A stretch of DNA of 31,291 nt from Promethearchaeota archaeon (GCA_016839745.1 JAEOTS010000149.1:1-31291), one strand, 5' to 3'. Counted from the first letter of the stretch, positions 7,111 to 17,424 are shown. Numbers and translations: made by a program. Notes: generated from the sequence alone by a model not told the origin.

Positions 7111-7614
7111 CTATTCTTCTTTTTTAATTTTTTCTGCTAATTTTGTAGCTTCAAGAAGCTTTTTTACCTCATCTACATCAGGAGGTATAACTTTTGGTAA
7201 ACCTAATTGATCTCTTCTTCTTTCTATAGCAGGTTGCATAGGTATCGCTTTCCCATTTTCTAAGATTGCAGTCGCTTGGGTAGTGTAGTAATCGGGAGCT
7301 TCACCTTTTTCAACGCTTAGATTTTTTAAAATGGTAAAAATCTCTGTGAGTTCCACTTTCTGAGGGCATACCTCATCACAAGTATCACAAACCGTACATC
7401 CCCATATGTTAAATGCATTTTCTTTGCCAAAGATTTTTTCTTTTAACCCAAGAAGAGCATCCAAAATTAATCTCCTAGGATTATAGCGTCCATTTGTTAT
7501 TTGTGCCACAGGACAAGCACCACTACAAGTAGCACATTGATAGCAATAAGCTAAGGTACCACCTATGTCAGATTGGATGATTTGATTTCGAAATTCAAAA
7601 TCTATAGTTGCCAT
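7111..7614 (-). CDS. hdrC: Heterodisulfide reductase subunit C (2x[4Fe-4S])
   Basis: CYQCATCSGACP, YNPRRLI, WGCTVCDTCDEVCPQ, C-terminal RDQLGLP. Confidence 0.92.
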   Translation of the reverse strand: MATIDFEFRNQIIQSDIGGTLAYCYQCATCSGACPVAQITNGRYNPRRLILDALLGLKEKIFGKENAFNIWGCTVCDTCDEVCPQKVELTEIFTILKNLSVEKGEAPDYYTTQATAILENGKAIPMQPAIERRRDQLGLPKVIPPDVDEVKKLLEATKLAEKIKKEE

Positions 7615-7797
7615 AATTATTTTTTAAGTTTTTTTAAACTTATATTAATAAAACTTACCCTTAAATTTTAAATTAATTCTTTTTAATTTTACGCAAACAA
7701 AAGGGTCAATTTCTTAAAGAAATCAGAAAATAAAAAAAATTCAAAAAATTTTTGGCACTTTCTATTGGAAATGAATTTAATTATTTCTTATAATGAT

Positions 7798-8166
7798 TTA
7801 ATTCATTTTGGCAACTATTTCTCTAATTGTATCTTCACTTCCCGCCCCTATCATAATTCCGTCTCTTACTAAGGGTTGACCTTGAATTTCAATGATTCCA
7901 TTGTATAAATCTCCATTTTTGAAGAAAAGCAGAGTAGGAATAGCAGTTATATTAAATTTATTACCTAAAGGCCTATTTTGGTCCAGATCAATCTTAATTA
8001 ACTTAAATAATCCTTCATCATTAAGCTTTTTCAGTATAGGTGAAACAAATTTACAGGGACCGCACCAGGTTGTAAAAACATCTATTAAAACGTTCCCTTC
8101 CTTCATATCATCAGTAATTTCGATACCAAAATCTTTCAATTCTTCGATTCTCGTCATATTCATCAA
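7798..8166 (-). CDS. trxA: Thioredoxin (start may be ATG 8163 or 8157)
   Basis: WCGPC active site, IPTLLFFKNG. Confidence 0.95.
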   Translation of the reverse strand: MMNMTRIEELKDFGIEITDDMKEGNVLIDVFTTWCGPCKFVSPILKKLNDEGLFKLIKIDLDQNRPLGNKFNITAIPTLLFFKNGDLYNGIIEIQGQPLVRDGIMIGAGSEDTIREIVAKMN

Positions 8167-8368
8167 TTTAGATATTTGAAAAAGTTAGAATTTTTAAATT
8201 ATATGATTATTATTAGTCGAAATAAATATTTAATTTCTTTTATTAGTATCATTTATAAAACATTAAGCCCTATTCGGGAAAAGTCGTGTATTTTTTTTCA
8301 CAGCCAATAGAATTAGAAAGAATTTCGACTAATCATTTTTCAAAAAGTGTGACACAAAAAAGATTTAA

Positions 8369-8983
8369 TTATGAATCCATTGAACTCTTATCTGCAATTG
8401 CGTTTAATTGTGCTATTAACCAGCAAATTTCTTCATAGGTTGATGAGGACTCGAAAATTTCTTGCGTTTTCTTAAGTATATCGCTCTTAGAAGCTTTGTT
8501 TGGACCTTTAATAAGATCCAATTGCATCTCAGCTAAGAGTTGACATAAATTTTTGTAAGATATATTTTTTTTTGATAGCTTATGTGCAGCTAATGTTATT
8601 TCAGCTTCTAAATCTGGACTTATTCCTGCTTCAATTAGTTCCAGAGTTTCTTCAAATTTAATTTCTAACTCTGGTCTTCTCTCTAAATTTTGTTTTTTGA
8701 TTTCCCCTTTCATTAGAGCGTCCTTAATGGCTATAAATGCCCCATATTCTTTATTTTGGGTTATAATTTGAATAATAGCTGCGTTTTCATTTTTTTCATT
8801 TCTCAGTTTTGTTTTGTCTATTGATAAGTCTCTTCTTTTCCTAGATATATTTGATCCAAACCACAAATACATTGTTTTAGAATCGTCAATTAAATATACT
8901 TCATCTTCTTGAAAATCGGCTTTACTAATCTTTTTTAATCCTCCCCTAACGCCAACACTATATAATTTCATTTGTGATCTCAT
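8369..8983 (-). CDS. Gelsolin-domain protein with C-terminal helical domain (Asgard 1DGelX type)
   Basis: FQEDEVYLIDDSKTMYLWFG gelsolin core, IITQNKE; C-terminal repeated helical unit ending TYEEICWLIAQL. Confidence 0.8.
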   Translation of the reverse strand: MRSQMKLYSVGVRGGLKKISKADFQEDEVYLIDDSKTMYLWFGSNISRKRRDLSIDKTKLRNEKNENAAIIQIITQNKEYGAFIAIKDALMKGEIKKQNLERRPELEIKFEETLELIEAGISPDLEAEITLAAHKLSKKNISYKNLCQLLAEMQLDLIKGPNKASKSDILKKTQEIFESSSTYEEICWLIAQLNAIADKSSMDS

Positions 8984-9051
8984 TACAGATTATTAATATA
9001 GCTAATAATTACACTCTCATTTAGTATTAAAATGAATAAAAAAATAAACCC

Positions 9052-9699
9052 TTAGATTTTTAAGGATTTTTCTGTTAAAATTTCTACTTTAATCTTAGAA
9101 TCTTTCTTCGCCATAATATCCTTAAATGAATTTAAATCCTTTTCCCAATTGTGCATAGGAACAACTATTTCAGGCTGGATATCTACAGCAGCATCAGAAG
9201 CTTCTTCAAAATCCATGGTATAGGTTCCTCCACATGGAAGTAATGCGACAGTTATTTTTCTATCCTTGAGATCCTTCATTTCAGGTATTCTTTCAGTATC
9301 ACCCGCATGATAAACACTTTTACCGGCCGATTCTATTATAGTTCCCGACCAATTATTGCTTTTTGGGTGAGTTCCTTTCTTTATTGTGTATGCTGGAACA
9401 AGTTCTATTGAAAAATCTTTATAAGCGAACCCTTCCCCAAATTCTAAACCTTGGCCATCAAATTTTTTTAAACTGCTTTCAATGCTCGCAGGACCTAATA
9501 AAATTGTATCATCTCTCCAAATCTTCTTAATATCTGATCTCGAGAAATGATCTCCATGCGTGTGAGACGAGACTATAATATCAGCTTTTTCTTCTCCGTC
9601 TTTAATATTATAAGGATCCAAATAAATAATCCTACCGCTAAACATTTTTATTTTAAAACTGGCATGCCCTAACCAAAAAATTTCCATTTGAGCGTCCAT
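9052..9699 (-). CDS. Metallo-beta-lactamase-fold Zn-dependent hydrolase
   Basis: WLGHASF, SHTHGDH, YHAGDT, LLPCGGTYTM, VPMH. Confidence 0.93.
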   Translation of the reverse strand: MDAQMEIFWLGHASFKIKMFSGRIIYLDPYNIKDGEEKADIIVSSHTHGDHFSRSDIKKIWRDDTILLGPASIESSLKKFDGQGLEFGEGFAYKDFSIELVPAYTIKKGTHPKSNNWSGTIIESAGKSVYHAGDTERIPEMKDLKDRKITVALLPCGGTYTMDFEEASDAAVDIQPEIVVPMHNWEKDLNSFKDIMAKKDSKIKVEILTEKSLKI

Positions 9700-9876
9700 A
9701 TATATTACCTCGATTTTTTTTAAGAAATTTAAAGTATCATATCTATAAATGATTTATTAGATTATAATTCTACCTTGAAAAACATACTAATCATCTATGA
9801 ATTGAATTGAAAATATTAATATTGATGCCTTTTTTTCATTAATTATTCAAATTTTTATGCTTAAAGTGAAAGACTG

Positions 9877-10377
9877 ATGAATTTAACAAGGAAAGATTTG
9901 ATCCAATCAGATGCTACAATGAATCAAATGCGTAATATGGTTTATCATTTAGAAAGATTTATGAAAATCAACGGAGTATCTGGAACAAGAGAAAATTTAA
10001 GGAGAATGGGGCGAAATATTGCCCGAACTTATACAAAATATTGGACTCCAATTGATTATGTTAATAAAGCTAATGTAAATAATGTAATAACTACAATCTA
10101 TAAAAAAATCTTGAACAGCTCCGTTTCAGTAGAACTCGATGAAATTAATAAAATTATTATGGTAAAAGATAATGATTGTTCTTTATGTAAGTATCAATTT
10201 AACGATATCGATGTTGCGGGGTGCGAAATAATTGCAGCAATGATATCAGAAATTATCTCTTGTATAAACAAAGAAAAACCTTCGTTGATACTACAACCAC
10301 TTGATATTCTAGAATCTCGAACATTTGGACATAAATCTTGTATTCAAAGCTTTAAATACAAAGAGGGAGGTGTTTAA
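9877..10377 (+). CDS. V4R / TRAPP Bet3-like protein
   Basis: LRRMGRNIA (compare Bet3 LxxMGYNIG), CSLC, GCEIIAAMI, SRTFGHKSC. Confidence 0.75.
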   Translation: MNLTRKDLIQSDATMNQMRNMVYHLERFMKINGVSGTRENLRRMGRNIARTYTKYWTPIDYVNKANVNNVITTIYKKILNSSVSVELDEINKIIMVKDNDCSLCKYQFNDIDVAGCEIIAAMISEIISCINKEKPSLILQPLDILESRTFGHKSCIQSFKYKEGGV

Positions 10378-10379
10378 TA

Positions 10380-11855
10380 ATGGGAGCAGTTCAATGGTTA
10401 TTAAAAAAAATCACTAAGGTTTTTGGAAGGAACACGAATTCTCTCTTTTATGTTCTTCTTTATCGCGAAATACTAAAGGAAATAAATGAAATTACGAAAA
10501 ACGAAGAGGATAGTGTGATTATACTTAGAGAGATCGGGAAAAAAGCTGCAACAGAATCATGCGAGCGTCACACGGCTGTTTTTAAATGGATGCCTGGGAG
10601 CCCAAGAAAAGTAATAGAATATTTTGAACTTTTATGGGTTGTTGTTTTTGGAAAGGAATTGGAAGAGGGGGACTTGACGTACGAGGAACTTCCTAAAGAA
10701 GGCTCGAAACATAACGATTATATTGTTAAAATAAAAAGTTGTCCACTTTGCGCAGGGTATGGGGTAGATGATGAAGATAATTTCAACTTTCAAAAAGTAA
10801 GCAATAAAGATACTGAAGGTCTCGCGTGTGGTTTAACGGGCATGTTAGAATCCGTTGCTAACTTCATTCTAAAGATAAAAAGAAGCGATTATAGGATTAA
10901 TATAGTAGAAAAGAAATGCTTAGCGAAAGGTGATGATCATCTTCAGTTTATATGTAAAATTTACGATACTTTGGAGTGGAAAGAGCTAAGTTCCGTTCGA
11001 ATTCAAGATAAAATTAAATCTGGAGTGAAATTTGAAAAATCTGTAGAAGAAGATGTTGTTCAAGAAACTAAGCTTGATATTATTGATAAACTTCAAGAAG
11101 TCTTGTCCCTTGATAAAATTGAGGAATTACTCGATGAACCCTTAGAAGGTATTAAAAACAAAGTTGCTGAGATCATCGAAGATAAATTGAATATGGAAAC
11201 CGAACACTTCTTCGATTACTTTAGAAATTACGAGGACGATCTTCTAAGAATCATAGGTTATCTCGCAGTTCACTTACTTAATGAATATGGTGGATTAATC
11301 AAAAAAATTTTGGAAAATACCACATTTGCTAAAATTGCGGGGTATCTTTTTAAACAGCTAAGAGAATTTGTGTTATTATTCATCCCTATTGATGTTATAA
11401 ACGATTATCATCAATTATTAATAAGTTTTCTAGATGGATTAGCTCCAGCTGAAATGGTTGAGAATATTAGGCAATTTTCAGGCAAAGATGATATTAATTT
11501 TCTCTTTGAGGGCGCCCAAATGGCACTTGAAAATTTAGGTATTGATTTTTCAGAGTTAAAAGATAATGTTTGGGAAGAGATAAGAAGAGAACGGGAAAAT
11601 GGATTGATTTCTTCTGATCAATCAATGATAGAAAAAACTGAAGAAAACATCCCGAAAGTTATTAAGATTATGCAGGAAATTTTAATGTTGTTAAGTGATA
11701 TTTTAACACTTCCTATTCGCGTTTTAATTTCTGAAAGTCATTACGGTTTAAAAACAGCAATAAATTCAGTAGTTTCTGAAGAGGAAGGTTTATTTGGTAG
11801 TATAAAGGATCGCATCGATACAATATTCGATTATGTCCAAGAGATAAGAAAATAG
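10380..11855 (+). CDS. V4R / TRAPP Bet3-like domain fused to a long acidic alpha-helical C-terminal region
   Basis: LFYVLLYREILKEI..LREIGKK, LWVVVFGKE, CPLC, CGLTGMLE, EKKCLAKGDDH; starts 2 nt after the previous stop with GGAGG inside the upstream gene. Confidence 0.75.
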   Translation: MGAVQWLLKKITKVFGRNTNSLFYVLLYREILKEINEITKNEEDSVIILREIGKKAATESCERHTAVFKWMPGSPRKVIEYFELLWVVVFGKELEEGDLTYEELPKEGSKHNDYIVKIKSCPLCAGYGVDDEDNFNFQKVSNKDTEGLACGLTGMLESVANFILKIKRSDYRINIVEKKCLAKGDDHLQFICKIYDTLEWKELSSVRIQDKIKSGVKFEKSVEEDVVQETKLDIIDKLQEVLSLDKIEELLDEPLEGIKNKVAEIIEDKLNMETEHFFDYFRNYEDDLLRIIGYLAVHLLNEYGGLIKKILENTTFAKIAGYLFKQLREFVLLFIPIDVINDYHQLLISFLDGLAPAEMVENIRQFSGKDDINFLFEGAQMALENLGIDFSELKDNVWEEIRRERENGLISSDQSMIEKTEENIPKVIKIMQEILMLLSDILTLPIRVLISESHYGLKTAINSVVSEEEGLFGSIKDRIDTIFDYVQEIRK

Positions 11856-11869
11856 AAAAAAAAAAAGAA

Positions 11870-12586
11870 TTAAGCTTTTAATCCTAAATACATCAATATT
11901 ATACTACTTATCATTGCTAATCTTACAATAACTAGCCCTATTCCCGGATCAACTAAGGCATCACCTGCACCGGCAACTGAAAATACTATAAATCCAATTC
12001 CCAATAACAAGAATTTTTTTCTTAGTACCCCTGTTGATTTTATAGCCTTCGCTAAAAAACCAATTCCATGGAAGACTAAGATTGATAGGATAAATAGTGC
12101 CATTAATAGAAAAGTTGGATATAACGTTACAAAACTAGAATCAATTATCTCTCCTGTTGGTGGTGGAGGTATATTAAATGTCTCTGCAGTATGAAACCAT
12201 AGAAAGTATTCAAATACTACACCTAGAACCAAGTAAATAATAACAATTATCCATTTTCTTTTAGGTGTTAGTAATTCTCCACCAATATACATTGCGCAAA
12301 CTAAAGCTGGGGCAATCCATAAATAGCTTAAGATACCATATATACCAAGCCCCCAAATTTCACTATTTACATTAGAACCTGTTATTATTACCATTAAGAA
12401 ATCTGTAGCTGGTCCCAGATACAAAAATCCTATGAAGAAAATAGAAAATCCTAAAACCGTAAGAAGCTTTGCTTTCAACTTTCTTGCTTTAAAAATAGAG
12501 ATTAAACCAAGTACTATTCCAACTGATATAACACTTGCCGCTGTTAATCCCTCTAACCAAAATGTCCACGATGTAGGAAAATACAT
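11870..12586 (-). CDS. Integral membrane protein with about 7 TM helices (Asgard-expanded 7TM type)
   Basis: Seven hydrophobic segments; KAIKSTGVLRKKFLLL loop. Confidence 0.75.
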   Translation of the reverse strand: MYFPTSWTFWLEGLTAASVISVGIVLGLISIFKARKLKAKLLTVLGFSIFFIGFLYLGPATDFLMVIITGSNVNSEIWGLGIYGILSYLWIAPALVCAMYIGGELLTPKRKWIIVIIYLVLGVVFEYFLWFHTAETFNIPPPPTGEIIDSSFVTLYPTFLLMALFILSILVFHGIGFLAKAIKSTGVLRKKFLLLGIGFIVFSVAGAGDALVDPGIGLVIVRLAMISSIILMYLGLKA

Positions 12587-12830
12587 TTTTTAAAACCATC
12601 TTTTTTTTTAATATTATCTTTATAAAAAAAAATACTTACTTAAAAATTGAAAGAGAATTTCTATTTAAATTTATAGATAATATACAGAACCTATATCCTA
12701 TTTTTTTTAGTTCTAAAATTGTAGAAGATATTAATAACTCTTTATCATAACGTATACTTATTCTTTGATCTTAACTCTCAATAAAAATCATTAAAGAATA
12801 TAGATTGCAGTTTAAAAATAAATTAGTATT

Positions 12831-13202
12831 TTAATCTAAAAGCGAAGCAATTCTATTGGAAACGCTTTGGATGTTTAGAAACACCATTCCTAAACTAGAA
12901 TTAGGACTACATAATGTGCATAAAATAGCGTTATCACCAGCTTTAGAGAGGATAATAATTCCGTTTAAACCCTCGATAAGAATCCTTTTTAATTCACCCC
13001 TATCAAGTTCCTCAACCGCTCGTTCTGAAACGCTCTGAATAGCAGCAGACATAGCCGAAACAATTCCATCATTCACATTTCTGCTTAAAACGGAACAAAT
13101 TGGGAGCCCCTGAACGCTAACTATGGCGGAACCTTCTATGTCACTATTCACCGCAGACAGTTTTCTTAGTAAATCCGTGAGCTCACTAATATTTTCAGAC
13201 AA
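12831..13202 (-). CDS. Roadblock/LC7 (MglB-like) protein
   Basis: DIEGSAIVSVQGLPI, VSAMSAA, ELDRGELKRILIEG, LGMVF; GGAGG 9 nt before the TTG start. Confidence 0.93.
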   Translation of the reverse strand: MSENISELTDLLRKLSAVNSDIEGSAIVSVQGLPICSVLSRNVNDGIVSAMSAAIQSVSERAVEELDRGELKRILIEGLNGIIILSKAGDNAILCTLCSPNSSLGMVFLNIQSVSNRIASLLD

Positions 13203-13422
13203 CCATTACTACCTCCCTAATTTTTGACGAAGGTTTTACTAAATTAAAAATGTTTTCACTCAATTACAAATCGACCTAATGAGTGATTAATTCAGAACTT
13301 ATATTATCTATTAAAATTAACTTTATTTAATTATTAATGTTTACCTTATTTTTTCTATTTTATTAAGTTTAATATCCTTATTTAAAAAATATTTTTATCA
13401 ACTTTTACATTTACATATTTTA

Positions 13423-14403
13423 ATGACTGAGAATAATAATTTAAAAAATGAATCTGCAAAAAAAAAAAATCGAGAAGAAGCAGAAAAAGATGAAGAAGAG
13501 AAGAAACATAAAATCGAATCTCTAACTAAAGCGGGAAACATTGCTCAAGAAGTAAAGACATTCATTAAACCACAGTTAAAAGTTGGAGCAAATATATTTG
13601 ACTTAATAGAAAAAACAGAAACGAAAATTATTGACCTGGGTGGGAAATGGGCGTTTCCTATTAATGTGAGTATAAATAACATTGCTGCCCACTACACATC
13701 TCCGATAAAAGACGATGAACTTACTATCAAAGATAGAGATATTGTTAAAATCGATTTAGGCGTTCATATAGAGGGGTATATTGTAGATACTGCTTTTACT
13801 GTAAGTTTTAACGATGATAAAGCCCTTGAAAACATTATTCAAGCAACAGAAGTCGCTTTAGAAGCAGCAAAAATGATGGCTAAACCTAAGATTAACACGA
13901 AAGAATTGGGTAAAAAAATTGAAGATATTGTTAAAGGTTTTAAATATAATCCAATTAAAGAACTAGGTGGACATCAAATTGAAAGGTGGACTGTTCATGG
14001 AAAAAAACAACTACCTGAATTAGGTACTCAAGGTGGTGATATAATGGAGGAAGGAGAAGTATTCGCAATTGAAATATTTGCTTCGACTGGAAAGGGTTCA
14101 GTACATTCTACTAATGCTTCATACATTTATGAATTAAATCCCTTTATAGGGAGAGTACCTTTAAGAAGGAAATTATCTAAACAAATATTAGGATATATTA
14201 ATAAAAATTATAAAACTTTACCTTTCGCAGAAAGGTGGTTAGCAAAAGATTTTAGAATGGGAGTAATATTTGGACTTCAGGAGCTAGTTAATACAAATAA
14301 AGTAAAAGCTCATTATGTTTTAGCAGAAGAAAAAGGCGAGTTTGTTGCACAATCTGAAGAGACTATATTAGTTATCGAGGATGGATATAAACAATTAACT
14401 TAA
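13423..14403 (+). CDS. map: Methionine aminopeptidase type II
   Basis: AFPINVSINNIAAHYT, KIDLGVHIEGYIVDTAFT, GHQI, AIEIFAS, AQSEET. Confidence 0.97.
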   Translation: MTENNNLKNESAKKKNREEAEKDEEEKKHKIESLTKAGNIAQEVKTFIKPQLKVGANIFDLIEKTETKIIDLGGKWAFPINVSINNIAAHYTSPIKDDELTIKDRDIVKIDLGVHIEGYIVDTAFTVSFNDDKALENIIQATEVALEAAKMMAKPKINTKELGKKIEDIVKGFKYNPIKELGGHQIERWTVHGKKQLPELGTQGGDIMEEGEVFAIEIFASTGKGSVHSTNASYIYELNPFIGRVPLRRKLSKQILGYINKNYKTLPFAERWLAKDFRMGVIFGLQELVNTNKVKAHYVLAEEKGEFVAQSEETILVIEDGYKQLT

Positions 14404-14466
14404 CAATAATTTCATACAATTTTGTTTAAAATCTTTACAAGAGGTAATAAAGTTAACTCCAACGGT

Positions 14467-15120
14467 TTATTCTACCCTCTTTTTCCCAATAATATAAATC
14501 TCAGCTAGATAATCTTTTATTTGTGGATACGAGTTAGAATTTATAGAGGCAAAGCTTCTAAATGCATTTATATCAAATATTTTATTCATATCAGAAGCAG
14601 GAAGAGGTTTGAGAAAATAAGAACCCGATTCAACAAAAATTAAATTCTCTTTAACAATTTCTTCTAATCTAGGAAGATTATACATAAATTTATGACCCAC
14701 CATTTTATCTCCTTCTGATAATTCTAATGATTTACAAATTCCCATGATTTCTCCTAGCAATCGATTTATACTCCATGCATTTGGACAAGTTAAAAATGCA
14801 AATCCGTCATCTTTCAAAAGATAATTAACTTTTTTTAAAACATTTACAACCTCTACCCTAGAAAAATGTTCTATAAAAGCAGAGCTTACGACTAAGTCAA
14901 ACTTTTCTTTTGATTCAAACTCCATTATGTCCGTCTTCACATAATTTATTGTAGGGCTTATAATAACTGGATTTAAATCTACGATAGTAAGTTTTTCAGA
15001 AATTCTTGAAGTATATTTTCCATCTTTTCCTCCAATATCGATAACTTTTTGAAATTTCTTTTTTTTTCCATATTCCTGAATCTTATCAATCATTAGATTA
15101 TTCAAAAATTCTTCCAACAT
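14467..15120 (-). CDS. Class I SAM-dependent methyltransferase
   Basis: VIDIGGKDG, FDLVVSSAFIEH, LKDDG..LTCPN. Confidence 0.88.
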   Translation of the reverse strand: MLEEFLNNLMIDKIQEYGKKKKFQKVIDIGGKDGKYTSRISEKLTIVDLNPVIISPTINYVKTDIMEFESKEKFDLVVSSAFIEHFSRVEVVNVLKKVNYLLKDDGFAFLTCPNAWSINRLLGEIMGICKSLELSEGDKMVGHKFMYNLPRLEEIVKENLIFVESGSYFLKPLPASDMNKIFDINAFRSFASINSNSYPQIKDYLAEIYIIGKKRVE

Positions 15121-15215
15121 TATACTTATTCCTTAAAACCTATTTTTATATAGATTTTAATTTTCTATTATGTATAAAAATTTTTAAATCTAAATTAAGT
15201 TTTTAAACAATAGAA

Positions 15216-16334
15216 ATGAAAAAATTAAAAATTTGTCTAATATCTATAGCAGTTCCACCAGACTTTCAAGATGGTGCTTCTAAGACAATAAAAGGTATAT
15301 ATGATTATTTAAAAAAGCGAGGTTATAATGTTACATTACTTACTGGAAAATGGACTAATAACCTAAATGATCCAGATATCATTCAGCTTAATTTTATTAG
15401 AAAACGGTTTTTTTGGTATCCTCAATTCGTTATCGGCATTATTAAATATTTAAGAACTCATCAATTTGATATAATTCATGGAAATGGACCCAAAGGGGCT
15501 CTACCTATAATTTTATCCAATAAAAAAAGATTTATAACCACGATTCACGATTTAGGTCCCTTCGAAACAAGATTTACCAAAATACCATTTGAAAAACTAT
15601 TAATTAAATATGTTATAAAAAAGGCTACTATAATAACGACTGTTACCAACTTTATTAAAAAAGAAATTGGATATTTTATCCCGAAAAGTAATCCTACTAA
15701 AATAATTAATCATTATAATGCTATAGAAGAGAAATTTAAACCGTATCCTTCTAAAGCTCAAGAATTAAAACAAAAACTTAATATTAAAGGCCCTATCCTG
15801 TTATATATTGGAAGGATTGCTCATTATAAGGGTTTAGATCATATCATCGAAGCCTATAAAATCGTTAAAAGCAGGATACCTGATGTAAATTTGGTAATAG
15901 GGGGAAAACCTGATTTTAGTATGGAAAAAACTTATTTTGAATGGAAAGAGAAATATAGTGATATACATTTTGTAGGCTTTATTTCTGAAAAGGATATACC
16001 CTATTATTATTCAATGGGAGATCTTTTTATTACATATTCTTATGCTTCTGAAGGTTTCGGTTTAACTCCTATTGAATCATTAGCGTGTGGAACACCAGTA
16101 ATTTGTTCATCTATGTTGGCTTATAAGGAAGTGTTAAAAGATAATGCTATTTTCGTTCCCCCAGAAAGACCAAAACTCTTAGCTAAAGAAATTCTTAGAT
16201 TACTTGAAGATTATAATTTAAGATTAAAATTAGTTCAACAAGCTCAAACATTAATAAAGCGATATACTTATGAGGCAGTAGGTGAGAAATTAGAAATTAT
16301 TTATCAAAAATTTCTTAAAAAAAACGCTATTTAA
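15216..16334 (+). CDS. GT4 family glycosyltransferase
   Basis: ITTIHD, YIGRIAHYKG, EGFGLTPIESLACGTPVI. Confidence 0.95.
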   Translation: MKKLKICLISIAVPPDFQDGASKTIKGIYDYLKKRGYNVTLLTGKWTNNLNDPDIIQLNFIRKRFFWYPQFVIGIIKYLRTHQFDIIHGNGPKGALPIILSNKKRFITTIHDLGPFETRFTKIPFEKLLIKYVIKKATIITTVTNFIKKEIGYFIPKSNPTKIINHYNAIEEKFKPYPSKAQELKQKLNIKGPILLYIGRIAHYKGLDHIIEAYKIVKSRIPDVNLVIGGKPDFSMEKTYFEWKEKYSDIHFVGFISEKDIPYYYSMGDLFITYSYASEGFGLTPIESLACGTPVICSSMLAYKEVLKDNAIFVPPERPKLLAKEILRLLEDYNLRLKLVQQAQTLIKRYTYEAVGEKLEIIYQKFLKKNAI

Positions 16335-17407
16335 TTTTTACTGTTTTTTATAAATTCGTTATATCCTAGCTCAATCGGATTTTCCAATTTTTTAATCGTT
16401 TCACTTGTATCAATTTTAAAATTTCCTCCTATATACTCAACTGCTTGGTGAATGCAATCTTTAGCATTATGAAAATGGTAGAGTGGGAATCCATTATCAA
16501 TAAGGAATTGTTCTTGGGGATATGTTTCAAGGGGGAAAAATTCAATAGAGGGAACACCTAATAACGCTGATTCTCTTACCATTGTTCCGCCACCAGTTAT
16601 TACTAATTTCGAAAAGTACATAATATGAGCTAACTGATCTAATCCCCTATAAATTCTAATAGTATCCTCTTTTATTTGCGATAAAAAGATTTTATTTAAA
16701 TAACTATACTGCTCTTCATTTCTAGTTATTATTAGATATTTAAGATTTGGATTCGATTTAATTAATTTTGGAATGATGTTTGATAGTTGTGTTTCATAAG
16801 GTTTCATCTTATCTAAAAGATACCCTGCTTTAGTTGGTTCAGTTCTACACACCACATAGTGATTAGCTTCTAAATTTAGTGTACTGATTACATCGATATT
16901 AGGTTTAAAATTAGATAGCCATCCAACTTCGTCAATTCCATTAAATCTTATAATTTTTTCTTTCTTAAGACCATATTCTAAGTACCATTCAATAGGAATA
17001 CATTTAGGAACAATTAATTGATCAACAAAAGGAAAAGTTGTTTTGCATGGTCCATAAGATCTTGGCTCATCATTAAACATAATATTTGGAATTTGCAATC
17101 CAAATGAAATTCTTAAAGCTTCAGGAGAAGTTATGCAAAACAAAAAACCGGGTTTTTTTTCATTAATAATATCAATTAATTCAGAAAGGCGATCTGAATA
17201 AGCTTTAAGTTTTCCAATAAAAGATGCTCCACCATATTTCCCAACAGGTATGTAATCTATCCCCCATTGATCAAGTAGATAAAAAGTGGAGTCAAAATTT
17301 CTGGCAGTAATGAAAACTTCATGATTAACTAAGAGTTTTTCATAGAGTGGTCTTAACATAGTGACACTTTTTGGCTCACAAAAGTCTAACCATATTTTTA
17401 TTTTCAC
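16331..17407 (-). CDS. DUF354 family GT-B-fold protein
   Basis: KIWLDF, FITAR, VGKYGG, FNDEP, ITGGGTMVRESALLGVPSI. Confidence 0.88.
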   Translation of the reverse strand: MKIKIWLDFCEPKSVTMLRPLYEKLLVNHEVFITARNFDSTFYLLDQWGIDYIPVGKYGGASFIGKLKAYSDRLSELIDIINEKKPGFLFCITSPEALRISFGLQIPNIMFNDEPRSYGPCKTTFPFVDQLIVPKCIPIEWYLEYGLKKEKIIRFNGIDEVGWLSNFKPNIDVISTLNLEANHYVVCRTEPTKAGYLLDKMKPYETQLSNIIPKLIKSNPNLKYLIITRNEEQYSYLNKIFLSQIKEDTIRIYRGLDQLAHIMYFSKLVITGGGTMVRESALLGVPSIEFFPLETYPQEQFLIDNGFPLYHFHNAKDCIHQAVEYIGGNFKIDTSETIKKLENPIELGYNEFIKNSKN

Positions 17408-17424
17408 TCATCTCCTTTAAATAG

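Noticed and set aside
8285-8355. SECIS/K-turn-like hairpin on the minus strand (AUGAU-UAGUCGA...UUGGCUG-UGAA) after the gelsolin gene
   Set aside because: Upper helix is short and G-U rich, and no neighbouring gene has an in-frame TGA (gelsolin ends in TAA; thioredoxin and HdrC use Cys codons)
13458-13469. A12 run in the 5' end of map as a phase-variation site
   Set aside because: In frame, encodes lysines in a low-complexity N-terminus of a housekeeping gene in an AT-rich genome
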